Source: a virus (lineage: Duplodnaviria > Caudoviricetes). From it: DNA of 25,439 bases. A model generated the notes under the pieces. That model was given only the letters and a program-made list of their open reading frames with translations. It had not been told where the DNA came from and searched no databases. The position numbers were made by a program, and so were the translations under genes. The DNA is taken from positions 1 through 25,439 of IMG/VR virus record IMGVR_UViG_3300017903_001570; one strand, 5' to 3'. Below, one piece after another: positions 1 to 9,275 of the stretch (position 1 is the stretch's first letter; each line of letters starts with the position of its first letter).

Positions 1-1020
1 ATTGCTTATAAAATTTATTCTCTTTTCATCTGTAACTAGCCAAGTATATTCTTCTGCATAGTTTCTAAAAGTTTCTATATCTTTTGTTTGAACAATTTGT
101 ATATCTAGTTTTGCTAACACATCTTTTTGCTGTAAGTCGTGTGCAGATACAGAATTAATTACAGGTCCTATGCCTGCTAGTATTCCTTGAAATTCCCATT
201 TTTCTTTTGGTACTGTACCTGTTAATCCCCAACGTATAGGTGCATTACGGAAATTTACAGTCAGTAATTTTTTTAGTACGTCGGCTTTTGCTTGATGCAC
301 TTCGTCAATAATTACCGCACTTACACCTTCAGTAAATTCTGCAAGTGTAAGGCTGTCACCATCGTACTTTTTCTTATCTAGTACATTAAGACTTTGCCAT
401 GTACAAATTGTATGTGTATGATTTAATTCTTTTCTATCACCAAAATACACACCTACATCTAATCCACAGTTTTTATAATCTTCTTCTGTTTGTACGACTA
501 AACTTTTATTAGGAACAATAACCATTGTGCGTCCGTAAGGTTCACACAGATGGCTTAGTGTTGCTGTAGTGATTGTTTTTCCTGCACCTGTTGCAACTTC
601 TTGTAGACTTTGTGGATTTTCTAAAAACTTATTAACTACATCGTATTGATAATCACGTAAAACAATTGGCTTGCCTTCTTCAGGATGTCCTTTCGGCCAA
701 CATACACCTTGGTCAGCCCAGTAGTTTTCTGTAATTTTTTCAAAGTCTAATTTTGTAGGATTACGTTGATCTATTACTTCAATATCATATCCTGCTTCTT
801 CAACAATAGGCAGTGCTACATCGAGATGTGCTACAAATCCATTACCACCAATACCAAAGAAACTCACAGTACCATCCCATCTGCCTAATTTAAATGCAGG
901 CATATGTCTTGCATAAGGCAAATCGAATTTAAGTTTGTTTACGATCTTTCTGCGTGTTTCAACAGCCAGACCTTCAAACTTAACGTTTACTTCGTCTTTT
1001 ATTATTAACTTACAGTTCAA
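1..1020 (-). CDS. uvsW: UvsW-like SF2 DNA helicase (partial; runs off the left edge, not in the supplied ORF track)
   Basis: Manual translation from a TTG at 1020 (GGAG upstream) gives MNCKLIIKDEVNVKFEG...MPAFKLGRWDG, then Walker A EVATGAGKT, Walker B IIDEVH and motif III GLTGT. The frame is open to the window edge. Confidence 0.88.
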   Translation of the reverse strand, partial: MNCKLIIKDEVNVKFEGLAVETRRKIVNKLKFDLPYARHMPAFKLGRWDGTVSFFGIGGNGFVAHLDVALPIVEEAGYDIEVIDQRNPTKLDFEKITENYWADQGVCWPKGHPEEGKPIVLRDYQYDVVNKFLENPQSLQEVATGAGKTITTATLSHLCEPYGRTMVIVPNKSLVVQTEEDYKNCGLDVGVYFGDRKELNHTHTICTWQSLNVLDKKKYDGDSLTLAEFTEGVSAVIIDEVHQAKADVLKKLLTVNFRNAPIRWGLTGTVPKEKWEFQGILAGIGPVINSVSAHDLQQKDVLAKLDIQIVQTKDIETFRNYAEEYTWLVTDEKRINFISN

Positions 1021-2212
1021 TTACAGTTTCTCCATATTGTGTAACAGGCTTAAAGTCTCCTATGTAAATTACACAAGGATGTGATTTAAGCATTGATTTG
1101 CCGTGGGAATTCAATCCCGGTAACAATTCATTTGTTGCAACTATTATAACATCTTTTTCGTCTTTGAACAACCACTTTGCAGGTTTTTCTCTGAATATCA
1201 AAAACTTAGCAGTATCAATTTTTCCACCAAAACCATTTTTGCTAACCCATTCGTTAAAATCTTTATCTGTTTTATTACTAGGTCTAAAGCACACTCTAAA
1301 ATCAGTTTTATCGTAACCACCTAACTCTATATTGTGTGATAATTCTTTTACCCAATCTATAGCATGATCAGTTGCATTTTGCAAAGGTTTATCTAACATA
1401 ATAATAACTTTGCCTTCTACCCCATAACAAATTTTAAGAAACTTTTGCATGTCATTGCAATGAAATGTATTTGTTTTATTACCTGCAATTTGTTTCCAAA
1501 TTGTATTCTTCTTGCCACTATATGTGTGTCCAATATTTTTTGCAAGTATTAAATCGGAACTGTTAATTCCTGTTTTATTTTTATCAAAATAATCTTGTGT
1601 TTCGACTTCTGCGTTTACTAGACTAATTTTTCCATTAACATCTGTACAAGTTTTAAGATAATGATCTTGATTGTTCCATATTTCTTCAACAGCAGATAAT
1701 GCTTCTACAGCACTATCCATTATTTCAAATTCATGTTTCTTGAAAAACTCTACAAGGTTTACAAAGTTAAAGTCATAAAAATATAATTTTCTAACTTTGT
1801 CCTTTGAATCCCAAAGACTTGTAGCATTCATGTATTCATCTGTTTTAGCAATTTGTTCATCAAAAATTTCTTTGAAAGCAAACGGAAACTTTAGGCAAAT
1901 CCACAAATTAGTTAACTCGTCTTTTTCAACCCAAACTAGTTTTCTATTATCAACTGTCCTAAACGGTTTAGACCATGCAGGGTTTTCTAACAAGTCTCTA
2001 TAATCATAAAACTGAGCACACGTGTTTCTATATTTTGTTAATATTTTTAAAATGTATGCTGCTTGTTTTTCTGTAATATCTTTACCCTCTAACAAAGTCA
2101 TATTGAAACTAGATGCTGCTCTTAGATCATGAGGCTGCATACCAAGGCGATACTGTTGCATAGTGGCATAAAATTCAACGAATATATCTTCAATGTAGAA
2201 CTTATTTGTCAT
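1010..2212 (-). CDS. Hypothetical protein (400 aa), overlapping the uvsW start
   Basis: Long ORF directly behind a consensus sigma70 promoter; its stop overlaps the uvsW start. No catalytic motif recognised. Confidence 0.8.
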   Translation of the reverse strand: MTNKFYIEDIFVEFYATMQQYRLGMQPHDLRAASSFNMTLLEGKDITEKQAAYILKILTKYRNTCAQFYDYRDLLENPAWSKPFRTVDNRKLVWVEKDELTNLWICLKFPFAFKEIFDEQIAKTDEYMNATSLWDSKDKVRKLYFYDFNFVNLVEFFKKHEFEIMDSAVEALSAVEEIWNNQDHYLKTCTDVNGKISLVNAEVETQDYFDKNKTGINSSDLILAKNIGHTYSGKKNTIWKQIAGNKTNTFHCNDMQKFLKICYGVEGKVIIMLDKPLQNATDHAIDWVKELSHNIELGGYDKTDFRVCFRPSNKTDKDFNEWVSKNGFGGKIDTAKFLIFREKPAKWLFKDEKDVIIVATNELLPGLNSHGKSMLKSHPCVIYIGDFKPVTQYGETVIEL

Positions 2213-2218
2213 AGTTGT

Positions 2219-2247
2219 ATTATAACGCCGTTGAACAAATAAGTCAA
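2219..2247 (-). promoter_or_regulatory. Sigma70-type (early) promoter
   Basis: Minus strand reads TTGACT-N17-TATAAT, then 6 nt (ACAACT) to the ATG at 2212. Confidence 0.8.
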
Positions 2248-3110
2248 TAACTTACTTGTGTTTTTAAAATCTTTTCTAATCGTTTAATAGGAATGCCTTG
2301 CTTTATTTCAGGCACTGTCCATTCACAATGCGTTAACTTTGTAAACCACGCAAGCCTATCTTCGTCATTAGGTAATTTAGGATTTTCAATATTTTCAATT
2401 ACATCGCTCATTGGATATGCAAGGCTACTCTTTCCTGTTATTACTGGCGTACCTGCAATAGCAGCAAGTATAGGCGGACCACTATTGTAATTTACTACTG
2501 CATGATAATTGTAATCTATGTCAAAGTTATCATATGTTCCTTTTACCTGTATAGGTTGTTGTCTCATTACATTTAAAAATTCGTGTTCAATGCCAGGCAT
2601 ACGCGACCTTGGATGAGGACGTATAACTATAGTTCTATCTGTATACTTTCTTAAATTAATTATTGTTTGTGCTGTCCAATCTGCCATTGACGGCATACCT
2701 TGCCATTGTAAACTTTTCTCATGTTGAGTAGCAACTAATATTTGTGCTTTTCTTTTTGTGTTCACAGGAGATAATTGTAATCCTAATTTTTTAGGTCTAT
2801 CAAGATCTAAATCATTGTTGGCACCAAATTCTCCTAATCCATTTATATGGTTAAGACATATACGCCACGTGTCGTTTCTTTTTAAATTTCCTACTTCTAT
2901 TACAATTACTGGTCTATTATTAGCACGGCATCTATAATATATCTGCTTGTTAGGAGACATTCTTCCATGCCATAACACTGACCAAATGACAGAAACATCT
3001 TCATTATTATCTACTATTTCATGTCCTTGTGCTTTCAATCCTTGTTCAAACGCATCAAATATGGTAGGACTATTTAGAGCTCCGTGCTGTCGGAAAAGTT
3101 TAAAACGCAT
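2244..3110 (-). CDS. Capsule-polysaccharide-synthesis-like GT-B glycosyltransferase (KpsS/KpsC-like), paralog 1
   Basis: Start moved to MRFKLF at 3110 because of the GGAGG SD. Motifs: IVIRPHP, VVNYNSGPPILAAIAGTP, W..KL..CEWT..EI..G. Confidence 0.65.
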   Translation of the reverse strand: MRFKLFRQHGALNSPTIFDAFEQGLKAQGHEIVDNNEDVSVIWSVLWHGRMSPNKQIYYRCRANNRPVIVIEVGNLKRNDTWRICLNHINGLGEFGANNDLDLDRPKKLGLQLSPVNTKRKAQILVATQHEKSLQWQGMPSMADWTAQTIINLRKYTDRTIVIRPHPRSRMPGIEHEFLNVMRQQPIQVKGTYDNFDIDYNYHAVVNYNSGPPILAAIAGTPVITGKSSLAYPMSDVIENIENPKLPNDEDRLAWFTKLTHCEWTVPEIKQGIPIKRLEKILKTQVSY

Positions 3111-3119
3111 TGTGCCTCC

Positions 3120-3141
3120 AATAAATATACTAGTATTTAAT
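3120..3141. promoter_or_regulatory. Pair of opposed T4-type late promoter-like elements between divergent genes
   Basis: AATAAATA on + (3120-3127) and ATTAAATA on - (3134-3141) flank the palindromic core TACTAGTA, between the divergent starts at 3110 and 3151. Confidence 0.55.
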
Positions 3142-3150
3142 GGTTGTATC

Positions 3151-3549
3151 ATGAATAAATTTCAGAAAAGATTATCAAAAAACATGAAAAAATCGCCAAG
3201 ACATTGTGTGGTGGTTGGCAATGGGTTTGGACATATTGAAGATATAGCAGGATTATTTGACACAGTTTTTTTATTAGAAAGCAGTCTTAATATAAGAGAA
3301 AAAAATATAATTATGCGCAAGGAAGTGCAAGGTGTTTTTGATTTAAGAGACGTAGGAGCAATTTTTGTTGACTACGATAAAAAACATGTAATTGATCATC
3401 TATCGCCTTTGTTGTCTAAAGAAAATCCAGATGTTTTTGTTGAAAAACAAGAAGTGTTAGAAAGAGAATATACCAAGATACTTTACCAATTAAAATACAG
3501 GGCGATTGCTCAGCTCGGTGAATATCATCAATGGAGTGTAATGCCATGA
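3151..3549 (+). CDS. Hypothetical protein, possibly a degenerate class I SAM-methyltransferase fold (132 aa)
   Basis: Likely start is MNKFQK at 3151, since the supplied upstream extension is antisense to the GT gene. VVVGNGFG resembles motif I and AIFVDYDK resembles the IFIDADK motif of O-methyltransferases. Confidence 0.45.
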   Translation: MNKFQKRLSKNMKKSPRHCVVVGNGFGHIEDIAGLFDTVFLLESSLNIREKNIIMRKEVQGVFDLRDVGAIFVDYDKKHVIDHLSPLLSKENPDVFVEKQEVLEREYTKILYQLKYRAIAQLGEYHQWSVMP

Positions 3550-4118
3550 AGGATAATATTTGGTTTCCTAGTATCGTTTGGAATTGTGACTTAGATTTAG
3601 ATAACAAGATCTTGGAAGAATATATCTATAAAAAAGTAGATCAAGAAAAGAAACATCCTACACTAGGCAAACCTAAAAGACCTTGGGAAAGTGTTAATTT
3701 ATTAATAGAAGAAAGTAAAGAAGTAGAAAGATTAGTAAGTATTATAAATGAAAAAATAGAAATAGTTTGTAAAGATGTAGAAATAACACCAGTCCAACTT
3801 TATGACATATGGGCCAACGTAAATCCACCGGGTGTATCAAATGTTTTACACGATCACAAAGGGACTACTTTCAGCGGTGTGTATTATGTAAAATCTGTAG
3901 AGGAACAAGGAGATCTAATATTTGAAAGACATGATGGTGCGGATCTTGCTATCAGTGAGATGCAGATTATAAAATCAAATCCATTTAATTCGAGAAAAAT
4001 TAAGTATAAAAGCAGAACCAATAACCTATATATTTTTCCAAGTTGGTTAAAACATAGAGTTGAAGAAAACAAAACCAAAGAAAATAGATTAAGTATAAGT
4101 TTTAATTACGGAGTTTAA
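3546..4118 (+). CDS. 2OG-Fe(II) oxygenase (TIGR02466-like phage family)
   Basis: ATGA overlap start MKDNIWFPS. Motifs: WANVN, HDH, FSGVYYV, IFPSWLKHRV, RLSISFN. Confidence 0.85.
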   Translation: MKDNIWFPSIVWNCDLDLDNKILEEYIYKKVDQEKKHPTLGKPKRPWESVNLLIEESKEVERLVSIINEKIEIVCKDVEITPVQLYDIWANVNPPGVSNVLHDHKGTTFSGVYYVKSVEEQGDLIFERHDGADLAISEMQIIKSNPFNSRKIKYKSRTNNLYIFPSWLKHRVEENKTKENRLSISFNYGV

Positions 4119-4122
4119 AAGC

Positions 4123-4971
4123 ATGAGTATTACTGTTGTAACAACCTTTCACAAACAGGGGTATGACACATACGGAAAAAGAATGATTAATTCATTCCTA
4201 AAAAACTGGCCATCAACAGTTAAACTTTATGTATACGCAGAAGATTGTAGTGTGGAAGAATCATCACCTAATCTGATTGTAAGAGATCTACATCAAGACA
4301 GTCCCGAGCTTGTTAAATTCAAACAAACTTGGAAAAATGTGCCTAAAGCAAACGGAGATGTTAGTGCAGATCCTGTCAGAAGCAAAAGAAAAGATAGCGG
4401 AAAAGGTTTTAAATGGCATGCTATAAGATTTGCACATAAAGTTTACAGTATATTTGCTTGTGCAAAAGAGTGTAATACTGAATGGTTAATGTGGATGGAC
4501 GCAGATACAATTTGTCATAGTCCTATATCCGAAAAACAACTAAAAAGATTAATACCCGGCAAACAAGAACTTTGTTATTTAGGTAGAAAAGGCAAATACA
4601 GCGAATGTGGACTTTATGCTATGCGATTATCATCTGAAAATACGCTAAACTTTTTAAAAGAATTTCAGCGTGTATATGATAATGCAGAAGGTAATGGCGG
4701 AATTTTTTCAATGGCAGAATGGCACGATAGTTATGTATTCGATGTGGTGCGTACACGCTTTCCTAGCCTAAAACAAATTGACTGGGCAGCGTCATTGAAT
4801 GACCTCAGACCTAGACCTGGGATGAGTAGTGGTGAAGGTCATCCTTTAATTAATTGTGAATGGGGAGCATATCTCGATCATCTTAAAGGTGGTAGAAAAA
4901 ATCTAGGACACAGTAAAAGAGATGATCTAAAAGTTCCAAGAACAGAACCTTACTGGCAACAGTTTAGATAA
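4123..4971 (+). CDS. GT-A fold glycosyltransferase
   Basis: N-terminal ITVVTTF strand, RFAHKV, WLMWMDAD (DxD motif), WHDSYVFD, C-terminal DHLKG; GGAG SD. Confidence 0.75.
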   Translation: MSITVVTTFHKQGYDTYGKRMINSFLKNWPSTVKLYVYAEDCSVEESSPNLIVRDLHQDSPELVKFKQTWKNVPKANGDVSADPVRSKRKDSGKGFKWHAIRFAHKVYSIFACAKECNTEWLMWMDADTICHSPISEKQLKRLIPGKQELCYLGRKGKYSECGLYAMRLSSENTLNFLKEFQRVYDNAEGNGGIFSMAEWHDSYVFDVVRTRFPSLKQIDWAASLNDLRPRPGMSSGEGHPLINCEWGAYLDHLKGGRKNLGHSKRDDLKVPRTEPYWQQFR

Positions 4972-5887
4972 ACTTTCTAAAAAACTTCCAGGCTTCGCCG
5001 GATTTTAATTCATCAAAATTCCAATGACACATTGACAATTTTTCTATCCATGCCTGTCTATCAAACATTTTAGGGTCTTCTAATCTTTTTAAATTTGTGT
5101 TAGAAACTTCTGCTGCTTGACTGGTTTGTATTTGAGGATCTGTTAAAAATACAGGCACGCCTTCTATAGCACTTGCAACTGCAGGACTGCTATTATGCAG
5201 CACAGTTGCCCATGCATTTTGCAAATCTTCTTTGATATGTTTGGTACTTAATGTAACATTTTTAAAATTATTTACATTAATATAGTTGCGCCATTTCTTA
5301 TCACCCGGATGTGGTCTAACAATTATAGGTCTATCAGTTAAACTTTGTACACGTCTAATAGTATCCTGCAACCAAGTTTGTACCGGAACTCCCTTCATGC
5401 TCCAACCGCCATTTCTTTGACAACATATAAGTACGTGGTTACCTGTTTGTCTGTAAGGTTTTAAATGAATTCCTAATGCTAAACTTATCTTTTTCCAGCG
5501 TATTGGATCAATTTCATCTGTAAAATAGTAACCTGTTGTAGGAAAAACTCCGTCAAAACTATACCTTAAATAGTGTCTACTGTTTCCAGGATCTGCATAT
5601 AAAAATAAATTACTATCAACTATTAAACTTCTTTTTCCTTTTTGTTTTTGATGTTCTACGGCACGTTGTCTTAGTTGTAAATGTGGTGCGGACTTTCCGT
5701 GTTCATGTACAAATCCTTGTATAAGTGCAACATCACAGTCTAATACATTAAATCCTTGATGCATAATAGCATTGTCACCACTTGTTCTAACGCCTTGGAG
5801 AAAGTTATTAAGTATTAAAGGTTTTTCAGGATTGTTATTGTTGGGAGGTATGCCTCCAAAATATGCTACTGCTGTATAATTAGACAT
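4964..5887 (-). CDS. Capsule-synthesis-like GT-B glycosyltransferase, paralog 2
   Basis: Likely start MSNYTA at 5887, overlapping the upstream stop. Motifs: TDRPIIVRPHPGD, HNSSPAVASAIEGVPVF, W..KLSMCHW..DELKSG.A. Confidence 0.68.
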   Translation of the reverse strand: MSNYTAVAYFGGIPPNNNNPEKPLILNNFLQGVRTSGDNAIMHQGFNVLDCDVALIQGFVHEHGKSAPHLQLRQRAVEHQKQKGKRSLIVDSNLFLYADPGNSRHYLRYSFDGVFPTTGYYFTDEIDPIRWKKISLALGIHLKPYRQTGNHVLICCQRNGGWSMKGVPVQTWLQDTIRRVQSLTDRPIIVRPHPGDKKWRNYINVNNFKNVTLSTKHIKEDLQNAWATVLHNSSPAVASAIEGVPVFLTDPQIQTSQAAEVSNTNLKRLEDPKMFDRQAWIEKLSMCHWNFDELKSGEAWKFFRKFI

Positions 5888-7019
5888 GGTACTTATCAAT
5901 GATCCTTTTTGCTGTTCCATTCATTAATTCTTCTTTTGTAAACTGACTATAACTTAACATACATAACCATTTAGATAAGTCTCCATAATATAGATTGTTT
6001 ATATCACTTAACTTGTTTTTAGTTACAGGATTTGTAATATGTGTTCCTAATGTTATTGCAGGTATTCCTGTCCATATTGCTTCTGTAGCAGCATTACTAT
6101 TAATGCTTACTATGCAATAATAATCTTCGTCAAGCAATTGTTTTATTAATTTAGGACGTTGACGCAAAGGTGCTTTTTTTCTAAATACAATTCTCTTATC
6201 TGTGTATTTTCTTAATTCTTTTGCTACATCATACTTCCATGTTTTCAAATCTACATGAAATACATTTGCTGCAAAAGGACCAGGCTCAATGATATAAATT
6301 ATTTCTCCGTTCTTTCTCCACGGAACTGGAAAAATAGGAAAGTTTTGTAATCTATTCACTGGGGCTTCAAATTCTTTTCCGTAATGCATATGATTACGAA
6401 CAAGTCTATGCCATTTTTTATTAGGTTCAAGAAAGTTTGTATATCCACTATCTATAAACCACATAGGATATTTTTTATCTATTTTTGTAACTAATAATTC
6501 TTCATTGCCTACTGTGTTTCTAATTAAACAATCTTCTTTAAAACTTTTAAAATCTTTCCGTCTCATTAGTTGCGGATTTTGTGTAAGAGTATTTCCTGTG
6601 CCTTTGACAAAGTTTTTATATTTGCTTTGTTGGTATTTTTCAAGAATTTTTTCTTTGCCTAATCTTTTAATGATCGTTTCAATATTTTTGTGTACACCGT
6701 TAAATATGTCTTCTTTGATTTTTGATTTTACTAATTTGATAGATTTCACATATGCTTCAGTATCTCTTGAAACACCTTTCACTAATTTTTCATAGAATTT
6801 TTTCTTACCTGCATCGTCCATAAATTCTCTTAGCGGAACATACACTTCAAATTTTGTTTCTGCTCTGCGTTTACGTGCAGCATCTCGTTCTGCAAATTGA
6901 TTAGTAACTTCTGTTACCCAATCATCTGTATAGGCAACTTCTTCTTTTATTTTCTTTTTAATGTCTATACTGCTTATAAGAAAGTGTGCAATTTCTTTAT
7001 CATTTAATAATAGTTTCAT
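5880..7019 (-). CDS. Capsule-synthesis-like GT-B glycosyltransferase with Lys-rich N-terminal extension, paralog 3
   Basis: Motifs: FIDSGY, WHRLVRN, YTDKRIVFR, SINSNAATEAIWTGIP, LSYSQFT.EEL.NG.A. Confidence 0.62.
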   Translation of the reverse strand: MKLLLNDKEIAHFLISSIDIKKKIKEEVAYTDDWVTEVTNQFAERDAARKRRAETKFEVYVPLREFMDDAGKKKFYEKLVKGVSRDTEAYVKSIKLVKSKIKEDIFNGVHKNIETIIKRLGKEKILEKYQQSKYKNFVKGTGNTLTQNPQLMRRKDFKSFKEDCLIRNTVGNEELLVTKIDKKYPMWFIDSGYTNFLEPNKKWHRLVRNHMHYGKEFEAPVNRLQNFPIFPVPWRKNGEIIYIIEPGPFAANVFHVDLKTWKYDVAKELRKYTDKRIVFRKKAPLRQRPKLIKQLLDEDYYCIVSINSNAATEAIWTGIPAITLGTHITNPVTKNKLSDINNLYYGDLSKWLCMLSYSQFTKEELMNGTAKRIIDKYHV

Positions 7020-7795
7020 GAATATTTTTCCGTTAGTTCGTATGCAGTTCCGTTTTCAATTTCTTCTATGGTAAATTGTCCATAAGCCAAACTAGCACAT
7101 TGTTGTTGAATTACTTTTTTATTAGGTTTGAATGGAGTGGATAAATTTTCTATTTTGTTTGATGATAAAGGACTTGCAGCACAAGGAACACTTACAAATG
7201 CAGGAACTCCGTGAACAACTGATTCAATTGCCGCCATACTGTTCATAGTAACAGTTGCATACGTGCCGCTATCTAGTGCATCATATATGGTGTATTCTTT
7301 TATTCTTGCTGATCTAGATCCTTTTATTCTAACTTCGATAGGTAAATTACTGTACTTCTTAATTTTTGCTGTAGTTTCTTCTACCCACTTATCATAATCT
7401 ATTCCATAATATTTGCATGCCTTTGGATTTGGCATTACCAACAATATTTTTTCTTTTTGTTCTTTCCAGCCTTTCCATTCTAAACTAGGGTCTTGTTCAA
7501 GTAGTTTTATCCATCTATCAGTTGGAACATTTCTAATTTTAGAATGTTGGTTTTCATTTTTTACTACCCTATGCCATATCTTTTTGCCGCCCGGGTTGCC
7601 TTTGCTTATAAAGTTTCCTAAATAGCCGGTGTCAATATAGTAAAAATCTCTTCCTGCTTTAATACATGCATTAACATGATCTTTTTTAATAACACCTCTC
7701 ACAACAAGAGGTTTAGAAGTGTCTTGAGGATCTGTGGTTAATTTGCCACCTGAACCAATAACAAGAGATTCTTCTAAACTTCGTTTGTTTGCCAT
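7016..7795 (-). CDS. Capsule-synthesis-like GT-B glycosyltransferase, paralog 4
   Basis: Motifs: FYYIDTGYLGN, WHRVVKN, PIEVR, TMNSMAAIESVVHGVPAF, LAYGQFT.EE..NG.A. Confidence 0.65.
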   Translation of the reverse strand: MANKRSLEESLVIGSGGKLTTDPQDTSKPLVVRGVIKKDHVNACIKAGRDFYYIDTGYLGNFISKGNPGGKKIWHRVVKNENQHSKIRNVPTDRWIKLLEQDPSLEWKGWKEQKEKILLVMPNPKACKYYGIDYDKWVEETTAKIKKYSNLPIEVRIKGSRSARIKEYTIYDALDSGTYATVTMNSMAAIESVVHGVPAFVSVPCAASPLSSNKIENLSTPFKPNKKVIQQQCASLAYGQFTIEEIENGTAYELTEKYS

Positions 7796-8475
7796 TAAAT
7801 TTTGTCTTCCATCATATTGTATAATTCAGTTTTCCATTCAGCATGGAACTCACAGTCTCTGTAATTTTCAAACCACGGGCCACCTTCTGTGTAATGAATA
7901 AGTTTTGGTTTTTCAATATCGTTGTATACTCCTACAAGATAATTCCATGTATGATCTATACTACCAATTTCTTCATCTTTTAACCAACTAAATCTGTGCA
8001 TGTATGCACCATTAAGTTCTTCATTGTTTACAAAGTCTTGTGTTACTACTGCATTACTGGGATGTCCGCAGTTCCATAATACCATCGAGCTCCAATTCTT
8101 ACGTGGATAGATAGTTTGCTTTTGTCCGTCCATTTTTGTAGTTTCAGTTACTTTGTAATCATGTTGCACACACATAACAGCATACTTGTCGTCTGCTTGA
8201 TCAAAAAGTTCTTTTATATCAGTTGTTAGTATCATATCGCTGTCCATAAACACAGCCCAGCCTTTAAAGTTAGTTAGTTCTGGAATTAAAAAACGTGTAA
8301 ATGTAAATTCTGTACTTGCTAATTTGTCTACAGGTCTAGTATACCATCCTGCATCTCTTAGTTCTTGCTGCCTGAGAGGACGTACATCTACGTCTTTGCT
8401 TCTTGCAAGAATACTGTGTTTGCATACTTGATATGCAATATCTTCTCTTGTATCATATCCTATGAATACTTTCAT
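7795..8475 (-). CDS. GT-A glycosyltransferase (GT8-like)
   Basis: Motifs: KVFIGYD.RE, STEFTFTRFL.P, FMDSDM (DxD), RKNWSS, WNYLVG, IHYTEGGPWF. Confidence 0.85.
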   Translation of the reverse strand: MKVFIGYDTREDIAYQVCKHSILARSKDVDVRPLRQQELRDAGWYTRPVDKLASTEFTFTRFLIPELTNFKGWAVFMDSDMILTTDIKELFDQADDKYAVMCVQHDYKVTETTKMDGQKQTIYPRKNWSSMVLWNCGHPSNAVVTQDFVNNEELNGAYMHRFSWLKDEEIGSIDHTWNYLVGVYNDIEKPKLIHYTEGGPWFENYRDCEFHAEWKTELYNMMEDKI

Positions 8476-9275
8476 TGTTCTAATATCCTTCTAGCCTTAC
8501 CTGTTTTTAGCTCGCTAACATGAAATTGTCCGTAGGCTAAATGACAACCCCATTCGTATAATTTATCTTGATCCGGGTAATATGGATTTTCTATTTGAGA
8601 TAAATCTTTTAAACCAACAGGAGAAGCAGCACTTGTAGGTGCTAACGGAAATACTGGTATTCCATGAAATACTGATTCTACAGCAGCATTTGAATTAAAT
8701 GTAACTAGTGCATACACATCGTTATCTAATGCTTGCTGTAAAGTATCGTTAACAACTCTCTCTATTCTATTCTTACTTCTTGATCTTACTTCTATTGGTC
8801 TGTCGGTATGCTTTTTTAATTCAGCAGTTGTTTCATCAATCCATTGTTCTAAGTCTTTTTGATAAAACTTCATTGGTTTTTCGTCGGGTGCTGCAATTAA
8901 AATTTTTCTTCCGTCTTTTTTCCACCGGGGGAATTTTCTTTTAAAAGATTGAAATCTATCAGCAGGACGTTTTACAATATCATTATGTTGCAAATCATTT
9001 TTTACTATTCTATGCCAATACTTCCAGCCATTTGGATTACTTTGAGTTTGCTCATTACCAAAGTAACCTGTGTCCATGTAATAGAAATCTCTATTGTCTT
9101 CCCAGCACTTGTGTATCCATTTTTTCTTAAGTATTCCTCTTAGCACAATAGGATCATCGGACACATCATAATCAAAGGCATTAGTGTCTACAGGTCGAAC
9201 ACCACAACCTCTGGCGAAATCGTTTATATAAGGATCCTGATTGCCTTTACTTAGAAAAATCCAATTAGTCTTCAC
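8472..9275 (-). CDS. Capsule-synthesis-like GT-B glycosyltransferase, paralog 5
   Basis: Motifs: FYYMDTGYFGN, WHRIVKN, HTDRPIEVR, TFNSNAAVESVFHGIPVF, LAYGQF...EL..G.A. Confidence 0.65.
   Translation of the reverse strand: MKTNWIFLSKGNQDPYINDFARGCGVRPVDTNAFDYDVSDDPIVLRGILKKKWIHKCWEDNRDFYYMDTGYFGNEQTQSNPNGWKYWHRIVKNDLQHNDIVKRPADRFQSFKRKFPRWKKDGRKILIAAPDEKPMKFYQKDLEQWIDETTAELKKHTDRPIEVRSRSKNRIERVVNDTLQQALDNDVYALVTFNSNAAVESVFHGIPVFPLAPTSAASPVGLKDLSQIENPYYPDQDKLYEWGCHLAYGQFHVSELKTGKARRILEQ

Noticed and set aside
2947-3152. Apparent ~200-bp head-to-head overlap between the supplied ORFs 2244-3152 and 2947-3549
   Set aside because: This is an artefact of longest-ORF start calling. Starts at 3110 (GGAGG SD) and 3151 leave a 40-bp regulatory gap.
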